The notes beneath the pieces are model-generated. The model was given only the letters and a program-made list of their open reading frames with translations, did not search any database and was not told the DNA's origin. Below, in pieces: positions 11,508 through 23,797 of a DNA stretch of 64,000 nt (position 1 is its first letter; each line of letters opens with the position of its first letter). Both the position numbers and the translations under genes were made by a program. The stretch is from the NCBI GenBank assembly GCA_040285825.1, contig JAUPSS010000011.1, forward strand, positions 434,001 through 498,000, read 5' to 3'. The stretch is from Eukaryota sp. TZLM1-RC. Taxonomy: Eukaryota; Protista; Metamonada: BaSk clade.

Positions 11508-11861
11508 TCGAGACGTTTGGGTCAAGAAAGGATTTGATGAGTTTAAATCCAATGCATTTTCGAAACCTGGAAACGACACCAAGCACTATTGAGCTGCCAC
11601 ATTGTCGTTCTTCTAGTGAATCCTTATGTTTGTCCCATTCTTGCTGAAAATCTCCTTTTTATCTGGATTCTTCTGATTAAAAATTAACGTCTTGTTCTAA
11701 CTTTTTGTTCCTGTTTTTTGAATTGTCGCTTGCCCTTAGGACTTAAAACCTCATTACTGGAATCATTGACTGATTCTGCTAAAGCGTCCAGCAAAACTGG
11801 ACCAGGATTTACTCGTTCTACATTTATCAACTAGCAAAATTTTATAACCAAATCTTAATTT

Positions 11862-12410
11862 TTTCAATTATCAATTTTATTAAAACCTATGAATCAACAT
11901 CTAAATAATCCATCTCTCCCAAAACAACAACACTAGATGTAACTCTCTCATAGTGAGATCCAAGAGAAAGCAAAGCTTGAAAAACCATCTTCAACATCCC
12001 CTTAAAAACACAATTCTATTTTGCCAAAACAACCTGTTGAAATTGCTGTTAGTTCTTCTCTTTACAATCATTTCAAAATCTGCCAGAAAGCGTATAGCCG
12101 TGGGAGCAAGTGAACCAAGTAGAGAAAATACAAATGGATACAAGTTGTATTTTGCATGCTGTTGGGTGGACAATTTGGATAAAGGTTCATTGTATTTTCT
12201 GATTTAGAAATTTTCAGCATTTGAAAGAGGATTATGAATTTCAAAATTAACAAGCTTTTCATTTGAGGCATTACAAGGATCAACATCCAATTAAATGAAG
12301 GTTCCATCCAATCCTGGTAATATGACATCACCTCTGTTGTTCTTATGACAATTATCTTCGGTATCAAACATATTTGACAACAGAGGTTCCACAGAGGATT
12401 CAATTCTATG
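11862..12410 (-). mobile_element. RLE retrotransposon 3' fragment (family B-like), degraded
   Basis: YNLYPFVFSLLGSLAPTAIRFL..FWQNRIVF; 3' tip shared with 20520-20600. Confidence 0.8.
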
Positions 12411-12549
12411 ATGCTGTTCTTTTAAGACCAATGTCATGATAACCAGTGGACAGTTGACTCAGTATCGAATTGAAAGTTTCTATACAAAGATGATGTTCAA
12501 TGACCTAAAGTATCAATAACAATCGGAATCATGTGTTGAAGTTTTGAAC

Positions 12550-13994
12550 TTTCGACTCTGTTGACTCAATTTGGAGATGAATTAGAATCAATAGAAAATT
12601 TAAATATTGAGAAACATTTGAAATTCTTTTTCCTAGAAATTTGTTATTCAGGAAAATTTACTCATATTTTGAGATCAACATCACCATCAATTTCTTTGGA
12701 GTTTTGTCGAATTTTTAATCAACAAAGAACCAATTTTTCAGCAAAATTATTGGAAATTGATGCATCTCAGTTACGAAGTCACATTCTGTGCGGTACAGAT
12801 TTTGGTGGTGTTGATTTTCATAAATCAAGCTACCTTTGTAAAGCTGCCTTTATTGGAGGTGGCAAAAATTTTATTTATGAATTTGTGAATCATTTTCCTG
12901 AAACAATTGATCTCTTTGAAAATTGTGGCAGCTCTTATCTTATTTCTTTGCAACAGGAAATTGAAACTCTTTCACCCAATATTTGGTCTAAATGTTTCCC
13001 CTCTGATATTGTGGAACTTCCTCCAAGAAGCTTGCTCTCCTTACCACTGACTTTTGCAAAATTGCAAAAAAAAATATTAAAAGTTTTAGAAAACTTGGAT
13101 TATATTGTACGTCTTAGCTTGGCTAAGGAAAAAAATCCCGTTTTTGCAAACTTGTTGATTGATCTTGAAGACAGTTGCTCAAGTTGCCTAATCTCCCAAA
13201 TTCCCAACATTTATGGCCTTCTACTTAATGATCACCAATGGACCACTGCAATGAGAATGAGATGTTTTCTATGGCCTTGTTCATTACCAAATGATTTAAT
13301 TTGTCGCTGCAAGAGTGTTGTTACGCTTTCCCAAATTTTAAACTGTAAGTATTTTATAACTTATCGCTCAATTGTTCATGACTCAGTTCGTGATCAATTA
13401 TATGCCATGTGCAAAAGTTTCAATACAGAGGCATTTATTGAGCCGTTGGTTTGTAAGCTGTCTTCAGATCAAACTGATGATTCCTTTGGTAAAAGAAGGG
13501 CAGATTTAGTAGCTCCAGGGATCGATGGTGTTCTCAATGTTGTGGATGTTGTCTCAGTTGATGTTTGCAAAAATTCTGCTGCTCGTTTAGTGTATTTCGC
13601 TGATTCGCCGTTATCTAAGGCCGAAAAAAAGAAGCTAAAAAATATGCAGAACCTTTGGCACAGTTAGGTAGAGTGGAATAAGTGAAATATCAGTTTGTGC
13701 CGTTTGCAATTTCTCTTTTTGGCAATATTGCACCTTCAGGGTTGCACTTTTTTGAAAATTTCAAAACAGTGTTACTGAATAGGTCTGGTTAAACAATGAA
13801 TTCCACTTTCTGGTTAAATAGAATTGTTTTGTGCATTTTTAAGTCTATTCCAACAATGATCTCAAAGGCACTTTTAGCTATTGGTGTAGAATATGAACGT
13901 AATGCTGTGAGTAGGTTTAGTAATAGTGACGCTTGTTTGGAGGATATTGAATTCTAGATAGATTTTTTTCTCAATGAATAATTCCAGTTAAAAA
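12550..13994 (+). mobile_element. Family A RLE retrotransposon, 5'-truncated (thumb, CCHC, RLE)
   Basis: ORF 12561-13667 with CRC..LNC..HDSVRD and RRADL..VVDV..AEKKK; TSD AAGTTTTGAAC at 12539-12549 and 13995-14005. Confidence 0.93.
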
Positions 13995-14454
13995 AAGTTT
14001 TGAACACATAGTTGACAATACCAAATACCACTTGGTACAGTAAGATAGGCTATTTTGTGGTATGCTATAAATACCAAACACCCTGTTTGAGTAATTTCTG
14101 GTATTTTTCGGGATACCAGTGTCCCCCTTCTGGTCAGTAATCGCATTGAAGACAAGACAACTGCCAGTTCATGGTTAACCAAACACCAGATTCCCTTGCC
14201 TTGATTCCACGAGATCTCCCTGCAGATGTCATTTGTAGACATCTTCGCAGTGCTTTATCGAAACTGGTTGCGGTCAGAGATTTTCATGGTAACCGTGCTA
14301 AATTTCACATTTTAAATTATAGTTTTAATATATTTAATAAACAATTTTCTTATTTTGTGTTGTTTTGGTATACCTTGCCATACCAATACCAAATTGAGGC
14401 GAAATTGGTATCCCCGTCTCGGGTTGCAAAAGGCTTTCTTAAAATTTGTTTCAG

Positions 14455-14790
14455 ATGGTTTCTATGTCTCTACACCTGAAATCTGACTTTTCTCAACGTG
14501 AATTTTATGAACTTGAAACTGTTCACATAGCAGAGAGCACTGCATTTCATCAAGACAATCTGGGAAACGAACTCTCTAAGTTTGTCTTTCAATCAAAATG
14601 CCCAAGTAAAGAAGTATCGTTGGTGTTATCGATGGCTCTAAGGCTTATCACCAAGGAAATAAGCGTCAGAAGCAAAGCAGTGGCTGATGTCAAGCCACAA
14701 AAATCCTTAGTCGAAGAAGACGATGTAGTAGAGGCTGTCAGTGATATTGCCGAGTTATCCAGGGTTATAAATAAAATAGAATGTGAATGA
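14455..14790 (+). CDS. Small histone-fold protein (NF-YC/DRAP1/CHRAC-like)
   Basis: SKEVSLVLSMALRLITKEISVRS..VEEDDVVEAVSDIAEL resembles histone-fold helices 2-3; first ATG at 14455. Confidence 0.55.
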   Translation: MVSMSLHLKSDFSQREFYELETVHIAESTAFHQDNLGNELSKFVFQSKCPSKEVSLVLSMALRLITKEISVRSKAVADVKPQKSLVEEDDVVEAVSDIAELSRVINKIECE

Positions 14791-14862
14791 ATAGAAAAAT
14801 AAAAAATAAATTAATGTTTACAAGATAAAGTGTTGAAAAACACCAAAATCAATCAAAATCAC

Positions 14863-15621
14863 TCAATTCAAACCAATCTTACGTACCAACTCTGCATATT
14901 CTTCTAAATAACCATCCTTGATCTTTATTTCCTTAACCAAATCATTATACCGTTTCTCCATCCTCTCCACCTGCTGAATAAGTGTCATTGCTGCTTCCTT
15001 TTGTCCACCATCACCAGTAATTGACTGAACAAGTGACGCCCTGAGTTGAGAAATGACCCGGTCCTTCTCCTCCAATAAGGAATAAAGATAAATTGTAAGA
15101 TCAACATTGTTGTTCGGAGTGGGGTTAGAAGGAAGTGTAAAATCGGTTAAGCTAAGCTCTGTTTGAATGGATAGCGTGGAGGAATTTTGGATTTCGCCAC
15201 AACTAACTGCCTTCTCGTGCATTTCTGTGGTACCTGATAAATTAGATTGACTCCATTCGGTTAACAGGGATTGTGCTTTTAGAGCAAGATCAGTTGTAGA
15301 AGGAGATGGACAATTTTGAACAAATTGAAACTTGTAGCTGGAATTATCATAGCCAAATTTGAGATGAGCATCATTTGGTAGATTAGCTTTTGAGTTAAGC
15401 AGTCTTTGGTCATTTACGAATGTGCCATTCTTTGTATTAAGGTCTGTAATGGTAGCTACCCTTTTTTGTGGGTTGATGTCGATTCGTGCATGGGAAAAGG
15501 AAACAGAACGTGAAGAAATGACAAGATGTGATCTTTCACAGCGACCAACCAAGAATGGTGTATCTGTAATGTCTATCCTATCACGATGACCTGTCCAGAG
15601 ACAAGCCAACACTGTTGACAT
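14863..15621 (-). CDS. FHA-domain protein with C-terminal coiled coil
   Basis: VGR..SVSFSHA..DLNTKNGTFVN FHA signature. Confidence 0.9.
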   Translation of the reverse strand: MSTVLACLWTGHRDRIDITDTPFLVGRCERSHLVISSRSVSFSHARIDINPQKRVATITDLNTKNGTFVNDQRLLNSKANLPNDAHLKFGYDNSSYKFQFVQNCPSPSTTDLALKAQSLLTEWSQSNLSGTTEMHEKAVSCGEIQNSSTLSIQTELSLTDFTLPSNPTPNNNVDLTIYLYSLLEEKDRVISQLRASLVQSITGDGGQKEAAMTLIQQVERMEKRYNDLVKEIKIKDGYLEEYAELVRKIGLN

Positions 15622-15800
15622 TCTGAGGAGAATAAGAGTTGAAACTTGAAAAAATTAATGTGGTAACCAAAAAAATAAGTCATTTCGTTGTTGTAGACAT
15701 CATCTGAAATAATGAATGCAAAATAGTGGTATTATATGCAAATAACAAAGCCTGTTATTCCTTCAACTGAAACATCGTTTGAATAATGTAGAAAAATCAA

Positions 15801-16992
15801 TGGTGTTGATTTTCATAAATCAAGCTACCTTTGTAAAGCTGCCTTTATTGGAGGTGGCAAAAATTTTATTTATGAATTTGTGAATCATTTTCCTGAAACA
15901 ATTGATCTCTTTGAAAATTGTGGCAGCTCTTATCTTATTTCTTTGCAACAGGAAATTGAAACTCTTTCACCCAATATTTGGTCTAAATGTTTCCCCTCTG
16001 ATATTGTGGAACTTCCTCCAAGAAGCTTGCTCTCCTTACCACTGACTTTTGCAAAATTGCAAAAAAAATATTAAAAGTTTTAGAAAACTTGGATTATATT
16101 GTACGTCTTAGCTTGGCTAAGGAAAAAAATCCCGTTTTTGCAAACTTGTTGATTGATCTTGAAGACAGTTGCTCAAGTTGCCTAATCTCCCAAATTCCCA
16201 ACATTTATGGCCTTCTACTTAATGATCACCAATGGACCACTGCAATGAGAATGAGATGTTTTCTATGGCCTTGTTCATTACCAAATGATTTAATTTGTCG
16301 CTGCAAGAGTGTTGTTACGCTTTCCCAAATTTTAAACTGTAAGTATTTCATAACTTATCGCTCAATTGTTCATGACTCAGTTCGTGATCAATTATATGCC
16401 ATGTGCAAAAGTTTCACTATAGAGGCATTTATTGAGCCGTTGGTTTGTAAGCTGTCTTCAGATCAAACTGATGATTCCTTTGGTGAAAGAAGGGCAGATT
16501 TAGTAGCTCCAGGGATCGATGGTGTTCTCAATGTTGTGGATGTTGTCTCAGTTGATGTTTGCAAAAATTCTGCTGCTCGTTTAGTGTATTCCGCTGATTC
16601 GCCGTTATCTAAGGCCGAAAAAAAGAAGATAAAAAATATGAAGAACCTTTGGCACAGTTAGGTAGAGTGGAATAAGTGAAATATCAGTTTGTGCCGTTTT
16701 CAATTTCTCTTTTTGGCAATATTGCACCTTCAGGGTTGCACTTTTTGGAAAATTTTAAAAAAGTGTTACTGAATAGGTCTGGTTAAACAATGAATTCCAC
16801 TTTCTGGTTAAATAGAATTGTTTTGTGCATTTTCAAGTCTATTCCAACAATGATTTCAAAGGCACTTTTAGCTATTGGTGTAGAATATGAACGTAATGCT
16901 GTGAGTAGGTTCAGTAATAGTGACGCTTGTTTAGAGGATATTGAATTCTAGATGGGTTTTTTTTATCTCAATAAATATTCCAGTTTAAAAAA
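15801..16992 (+). mobile_element. Family A RLE retrotransposon, 5'-truncated
   Basis: Nearly identical to 12806-13994; TSD AATAATGTAGAAA at 15782-15794 and 16993-17005. Confidence 0.93.
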
Positions 16993-17179
16993 AATAATGT
17001 AGAAATGTCAATTAAAATCGATGTATAGTGTGCTTGTATTGACTGGTTTTGTTATTGTTAACGTTGACATTCCACATAATATGAAACGTTCTGCGCACGA
17101 GAATTAATTTGGTGAGATCCAACGGTGAGATCCATGCATGTGAATGGATTCAGTTCAATTGTTGACCAGGTGTTTTGTA

Positions 17180-17920
17180 TTTGAAATTACTATTTGAGAG
17201 TAATGTTTTATATTAATAATTATTGAGAAGATGAGGAGAGCAATCTCTTTCATGCTCTGCCTTTGAAGAATTCTTGTATTCCCTCGTATATCAGAATTGA
17301 CAAGACAAGTTTATTGGACTTGTTCTTTGACGAATTCAAGGACATTCTTGGTCCAAGGTCGTCTTACCATTGCAATGATCAAGCTGCTGATTTGGTTCTA
17401 TGGGACAGCATTTTAAAAATAAACAAGATTAAAACCCGAAACTTTATTTGGAAAGTTCCAAGTACATCGTATCTAGCATCGAGACTGATGAAATAGCAGT
17501 ATCATTCATTCAATCTAGAATTGACTTGAAATAATACAAAGTAACTGCTTCGCACTGAGTAACTGAGTTTCGAACCAGTTGCTGTTGTTTCAACTGTAAG
17601 AAAGCGGAGAAAAACAGTTGAAACACTCCGATGGTGCAGAAATCCTAGGCCATGGAAGATGCATGAGATGTCTATTCGTCACGGGCTTACCATGTGTAAA
17701 TCATGTGAAAGTTTGTGGAATAGAGATCGAAATGCTTCGCTGAATATGTTGGTGATGATGGAAGCACATGTAAACAGTGAAGATAGACCGGTATACCTAA
17801 GGTAGATGAAGGTTCAAAGAAGAAGGTATTAAGGAGAAAATGTGCAAGAAATCAGTCCCTCTACATTGGTGTAAAAGGACACTTATTTCATTGTTATAGA
17901 CATCATCTGTAAGAATGACT
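17180..17920 (+). pseudogene. Fanzor1-type family F2, internally deleted copy
   Basis: LFHALPLKNSCIPSYIRID, SIETDEIAVS, EFRTSCCCFNC, CKSCESLWNRDRNASLNM; ends ...AAGAATGACT like 7503 and 7898. Confidence 0.8.
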
Positions 17921-18919
17921 GCCATTGAAGTCGATCTAAAATCATATAGCACGAATTTTTCCATTTTTCTATATTTTTTTACCACTTCTTTGCCCAATTT
18001 CGCAAAGTATTTGCAGATATGTTATATTTCTTTATAACGTTTCCTGCTTTGACATAGATTGGATGACAATCATTCATTCTTATTTTCGTTAAAGAGGCAA
18101 TCCTGTTTGATTCACATTATAATAGTGTTACAAACCTTAATTGCTTCAAATGAACATTTCAAGATGCAATAGCATGTAGAATTTGTAAGTGGTTCGTAAT
18201 CGAAATTAATCACATAAACGGTCTTTTTTAGCTAAATCATTTTGTGTAAGTTTATCAAGTTTATCGATCAATGAATGCTTGTATAAAATTATCAATTCTT
18301 TGTTGTAAATAATTTACCCTATGTTTTTTAATAGTCCACAATAACATATCACATTCTCTTTTTATCAATTATGGTAGTGAACGATTAATTTCATAATCTG
18401 GATTAAGCCAATGTAAAACTGATTCGGTTGAAAGTTCATGATTATAAGTTTTATAAATTTGTTGGAGAAAATCAGAAACAGATGGTGATTTGTGTTTGTC
18501 TAGTTCCTTTTTTAATTTCTGTTGATAATTGAGATTGTCTTTTAAATATATTGAAAATAGTTCCTTAAACAAACCTTAATGACATAACTTCTGGACAAGT
18601 ACTATGATACCAATTCAACAATTGTGGTGTCAAAGTCGTTTTAGTGGTCGTTTCAGTGATCAGTTCAGTGATCGATTGAGTTGTTTCAAGTCTTGGAGTG
18701 TATATGATGTGTCACTAATGATTTGACTTTGTATGAAACTGTGTGTCAATAATGTTGGTTATGTGTTATACTTAGTTATATAAGGCTCATTATTACATTT
18801 TCAATTGATTTTGTATTAATTTGAATTAATTTAGTGTTTAAATAAAAAATCAAATAAAATATACAAGAGAGTGTTGAAAACTGAACTGGAATAAACCATT
18901 GTTGGAATCATCTTCTCTT

Positions 18920-19741
18920 ATGCGGTCAAATACTAGAAAACAGCTCCTCATCAGTCTTGCAATTGATGCAGGAATCGGTCTCTTTCTACACTTCTTCTCT
19001 ATGTGGTGGGCTGTGTCCATTGATCCTATTGTATGTCCATCCACTCAATGATGTTTATCATAGGAGCGCCCCATTGTCTCAGAGTACAACTTTACTATAT
19101 GGTATGAGAATAAAGCCGATATCATTGATTGGCGTGTCTTGCAAGTTATTTGTCATGCTTTAATTCTAGCCTTGACCTTTTTAACTTGTAGGTTAAAGTA
19201 CGCACAACATTTCCTGCTCATTTCTGCTACAACTCTAGGTACATATATTCATGGTAATGGTGTGTACATCATTCTTCTCTCTGTACTCAAGACCTTTGCT
19301 GGAAGACTACGTCCCGACTTTGTCGATCGTTGTCAACCAGACGCCAAGGGAGTCTGTACTGGTGATCCCGACGTTGTTCGTGAGGGTAGAGTGTCTTGGC
19401 CATCTGGACACTCTGGATTAACCGGTTTTGCGACTGTTTTCGCTCTATTTTTACTCAATGATCTGTTGAAACCTTTTTCTGCTGAGTCTTTCCGTTCCCT
19501 CCGAATGTTACCATTGGTTGTTGTTGGCTTACTTGGCATTCTTTCTGGTTTGAGTAGAAACATTGACAATCATCACCATGTGGGAGACATTGTTTGTGGT
19601 CTTGTGCTAGGTGGTATTGTTGCTGTTTGGGCTTGGTACTTGCGTCAAAAGTACAATAATAACATTGTCAACAAGAAGGAGGATCAAGTTGCTCTTTTGC
19701 ATGGAACGCCCAAAACTCCTAGGACAAATGAGTTGGTTTAA
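18920..19741 (+). CDS. PAP2-family lipid phosphate phosphatase; join(18920..19030,19064..19741)
   Basis: K..AGRLRPDF, SWPSGHS, SRNIDNHHH motifs. The 33-nt GTATGT..TAG intron contains an in-frame TGA. Confidence 0.9.
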
Positions 19742-19959
19742 GTTTGTTTGATTTATAAATTAGTTTATTGGTATTCGTGCTGATTGTTTGTTTCATTGTA
19801 GCCTTTCAAAGACATTTTCAAAGGCATCTCCAGCTGTCTCTTTATGATAATGTGGAACCATTTTTTCACACCTTTTCATTCATCAGCTTTGAATTATTTT
19901 GATATTTCATATGAAAAAAAATTATTCCTGGAACAATCACATTTTAAAACTTAACCAAA

Positions 19960-21540
19960 AACCTTAACTAATGCTTTTACATACACAAACCTATCAATTG
20001 AATGACGGAAGGTTTTCGCTATTCGCTTGCATAGCAACTGGCTTGTTATAAAACTTTGTAATGTTATTCAAAATGGAGTTAATATAACGAGGAAGGGCTT
20101 TCAATAACGAAAATACAATTCTGTTCTTCCAAGTAAAAAAATCTAATGTACAACCACTTTCTTTGAAAAGTTTTCTTAAATCATCTAAAACATCGAGACC
20201 TTCTGTTCCAATGGTACCAAAAACTGAAATAGCAGTTGGGCCAAATTTTGATGTTTCTGCCTCTTGCTCCATTGAGACGTTGTAGAAGGGCTTCGTATCT
20301 TGATTTCTTGGAAAAGCTCAGCAACTTTGAGTAATTGTTGCAGAATTGGAACTTCTTTTCCACGGAGAAAAGGTAGTACAATCGATAATCATTTTAGTTC
20401 CACCATACCATCCACATTGAATGTCACCTCGTTTTTGGCTCAAATTGAAAATTTGGTTCATCAAACAGATGTTCTAAACGAACTGGATGATGAGATTATT
20501 TTAACAAATCGTTTTTTTTTAAAAAAATTTAATTTTATTCTAAACCTATAAATCAACATCTAAAAAATCCATCTCTCCCAAAACAAAAACACTAGATGCA
20601 AATCGTAAATACAATCACGAACAGCATTGTGGATAATTGATCTCTTTTGAGTCAATTTGCAGCATGAAATAATGTGATCAAAAGAAGCATAAGCACCACA
20701 TTTACATTTCATATTTGATAAGCATTGAGGAGGAGGTAGATTAAGCATAACTGTCAAAAAGTGAATATCTGGAACAAGTAAACCAAAACGGCGAGGAACT
20801 TGTGTTGTCAAGCAAGATGAATTGTTTTGAACAGAATTAAAACTGCACAAAGAAAACAAAAATAATTTCAAAGAAAATCACCGGAGTTGTAACCATGCTA
20901 ATTTGGTTGTTCTGTTTTTCTGCTTCCAAAAGAATAATAATCTTCTTTTGTAGTTCAGGAACAATGTTTATATGGTTTATTTGTTTAGGAACTGTTCTTG
21001 AAAAGTTTGGTAAATCTTTAGTTGCAATCGAGGTAAAGTCAACTTTTGCAGAAAATATTGATTTCCAGAAATCATTGGAACAATTTTCTTTACATCTTGT
21101 ATTTATTGAATTTGCACACTTAATTAAATTAACTCAATACTAATGGGACGACTATCATTGAACCAAGATTTCCTCTACAAAATCTTGGTCTGCTTGCTGT
21201 CTAGCTAAAGCTTCTCTTATTCGATTGAAAAACCGAGGTAATCTATTAATAATGATAAATTGAATCCAAGAATGGCATAAAAAATGTCAAATCTTTTCAT
21301 TGTTTTTTCTTGAACCATTTTTTGGAAGTCATTCAAAAAAGTTTCTGCTTCATCTAATAATCTTCCATTTATCGAAAATGGGAAAGCAATAAACACCAGC
21401 TGTGTATTTCTATCGACACTAGCCTCTTCAATATCTGTATCATATTTTCTATGTTTTTCTTTTGCTTTAAATTCAAGAGCAGCCACAGGATTGAAACAAT
21501 TTTCTGGAAATGAATTTTTTTCAAGATTTATTTTTTTATT
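19960..21540 (-). mobile_element. Nested RLE retrotransposon fragments: family D interrupted by a B-like tip (about 20520-20600) and a family C copy (about 21095-21492)
   Basis: CKCGAYASFDHIISC..HNAVRD, PTAISVFGTIG..WKNRIVF. The family C part matches 45515-45910 and is flanked by AGAAAATTGTT on the minus strand. Confidence 0.8.
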
Positions 21541-21544
21541 ACTT

Positions 21545-22604
21545 TTTGTATTTATTCCAATAAAAAACAAACTATACGACCAGGTTAAAATTATATGTCT
21601 TCACCCAAGTCAGCCAAGAAGAATTGACTGGAGGTTTTTCTTTCATAAACGCGTCCAAGAGATAACAAAGCTGAAGATAATAAGGGAACAACACCTTTGA
21701 AAATTGAAAATACAATTCTGTTTTGCCAAAAACTGTTGTCAAAAACTCTTCCAGTACGTTGTTTCACAATTTCAACAAAATCATCCAGAAAAGACAAAGC
21801 AAGAGGTCCAAGTGTGCCATGAAGGGAAACTGCAAATGGACAGAGGACATAATGAGTATGCGATTCTACATTCAAGGATAACAATTTTGCTTTGTATTTG
21901 TCAATTTTGGCCTTTTCGGAAACAGTTAAGGGATCCCTATATTTTGATTGAGCCATTGGCATAAAAGAATCATTACATACATCAGTGGATCTCACATCTG
22001 TAATAATGATAGTACCTTCAAGACCTTCAAGCATTAAATCACCTCTATTTCGACCAAACGAATTCAAAGTATCTTCATCAACCAAACGGGAAAGTAATGG
22101 TTCTAAATAAGAAACAATTCTATGTGATTTTGACATACAATAGAGTTGACCTCTTACCGCATCATGAACTTTTGATCGGAAAGTAATAAAATGTTTACAA
22201 TTGAATAAATGACTTGGAGAAATTTTTGATCCACATTTACAAATGAAATTATGAGGCACGTTATCAGGCCAAATAAAACAACGAAGGTGCATTGTACAAG
22301 AAAATTCGGTATCATTTAAAAGAAGACCATAAATTTGAGGAATCTGAATAACTAAACACGAAGAGGAACTGTTTTGGGCATCTAACAAAAGATTTGCGAA
22401 AGCGGGATTATCTTTTTTGGCCGAGCCAAGACGAAGATTAAAATCCAAGCCTTCAAACATTATTGTTAACTTTTGTTGCAATTTTTTAACACAATACCTC
22501 AAATTAACTAGTGTCCTAGATGGTATTTCCTGTACATTGTCGGGAAAACATTTACTCCAAATTTCAGAGGGCAAACAATCGAGAGCATTTTGCATTGAGA
22601 AACT
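21545..22604 (-). mobile_element. Family B RLE retrotransposon, 5'-truncated
   Basis: ORF 21591-22595 with CKC..HLFNC..HDAVR, RGDL..ITDV..SEKAKIDKY, FWQNRIVF; AATAAA and A tail. Confidence 0.9.
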
Positions 22605-23031
22605 GGAGATTCAGAAACATTTTACATATGTGAAGCCTAATGGAGATGAATTCTACACATCTGCCAAAACGAATTGCTGTAAGGTATTCAATCAAAAGGT
22701 GTATCACGATGATGGGAGGGTGAACAATGATAAGTTTGTATGCCCTCAATGTCAGACACTCTGGTCGAGGGACATCTCAGCTTCCAGAAACCAGCTGGAG
22801 ATTGCCATAAGTGAGCACTACTACAATGAAAGACCTGAGGCGTTCGGGAGACCCCGTAGATAAGTGTTTTTCCATATATTGCGTACCTGTACGCGTATTG
22901 TGATGTTGCTGCTTTAACTATCATTTGATCGTGATATCATATAGTGATAGATCTAAAGTAAGCTTAACGTCTATCAAGATTGCATGAATTGGTCAAAAGC
23001 CAGAAGTGTGTTTTGATAGAAATTCACAGTA
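22605..23031 (+). mobile_element. Fanzor family F3, 427-bp 3' fragment (RuvC-II/III and omegaRNA-like tail)
   Basis: Nearly identical to 30153-30579; GDEFYTS, CPQC, WSRDISASRN. Confidence 0.9.
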
Positions 23032-23084
23032 TTCCAGCAATCTCAACAAGTTACTCCTACTTGACAATTTTGTGCTATTAGCTG

Positions 23085-23753
23085 ATGTCCCTCTCCACTC
23101 AACTGCCTAATTTTATTACCACACATTCTTCATTACCTCATGACCTTACTTCTCGAATAAATGTCTATTTAAAGCTGTCTTCGACCTTAACTGATTCCAA
23201 GTTTCATCTCAACAATCTGAAATGCCTCGCTGAAATATCTTCCTTTTACAGTGACTCTCTCTCAGAGTCAATGACTTTAAAAAGTGAATCTTTTTTGTTT
23301 TTGCAACTTGTCACCACCTATTTTGAGGATATACCAGACATTTCTGGTCACTTCGTTTCTCTTCTTTCAAAAGCTTCTCTTGATGTGGTTGATTCTCTCG
23401 TTTTTCGAATTGGACTGTTCCTTTTTGTTCATCTGTCTAACTTCCCAGATACTCCTTCTTCTTGTCACCATCTCTGTATCAAGGTTTTCAACTCTCTCTT
23501 TTCAGTAACCAAACATTCTCTAAACAACCCCACCTGTCCTCTTTTATCTCTCGGTGTTAGGTCAAGTAGTCATTTGTTAGTATTGTACTGGTGTGGGGAG
23601 GTCAGCTACAAGGGGTGGGAAAATGGAGATGAATCACTGAAAGGATTGGGTGTAGAGTTTTTAACAAAATATCTGAAGGCAGCTTATTGTGCCCAGAATG
23701 GTGCAGATTGTAGTCGTGCAGAAGCAATGATGATGAATTTTATGGAAAATTAA
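23085..23753 (+). CDS. Hypothetical protein, 222 aa
   Basis: Clean ATG-TAA ORF with host-like composition; no recognised motif. Confidence 0.6.
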   Translation: MSLSTQLPNFITTHSSLPHDLTSRINVYLKLSSTLTDSKFHLNNLKCLAEISSFYSDSLSESMTLKSESFLFLQLVTTYFEDIPDISGHFVSLLSKASLDVVDSLVFRIGLFLFVHLSNFPDTPSSCHHLCIKVFNSLFSVTKHSLNNPTCPLLSLGVRSSSHLLVLYWCGEVSYKGWENGDESLKGLGVEFLTKYLKAAYCAQNGADCSRAEAMMMNFMEN

Positions 23754-23797
23754 AAAAAATAATTCTATTGATATATTGTTTGTTTAGCCTGTACAAA

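Noticed and set aside
8810-16800. TAA/TAG reassignment suggested by in-frame TAA shared by three retro copies
   Set aside because: ATM (after FATC), RecQ and the hydrogenase end on TAA/TAG at the expected positions, and host ORFs are open in the standard code
21553-21559. TATTCCA as TSD partner of the F3 copy ending at 23031
   Set aside because: Only 7 bp and lies within the retroelement's own 3' UTR
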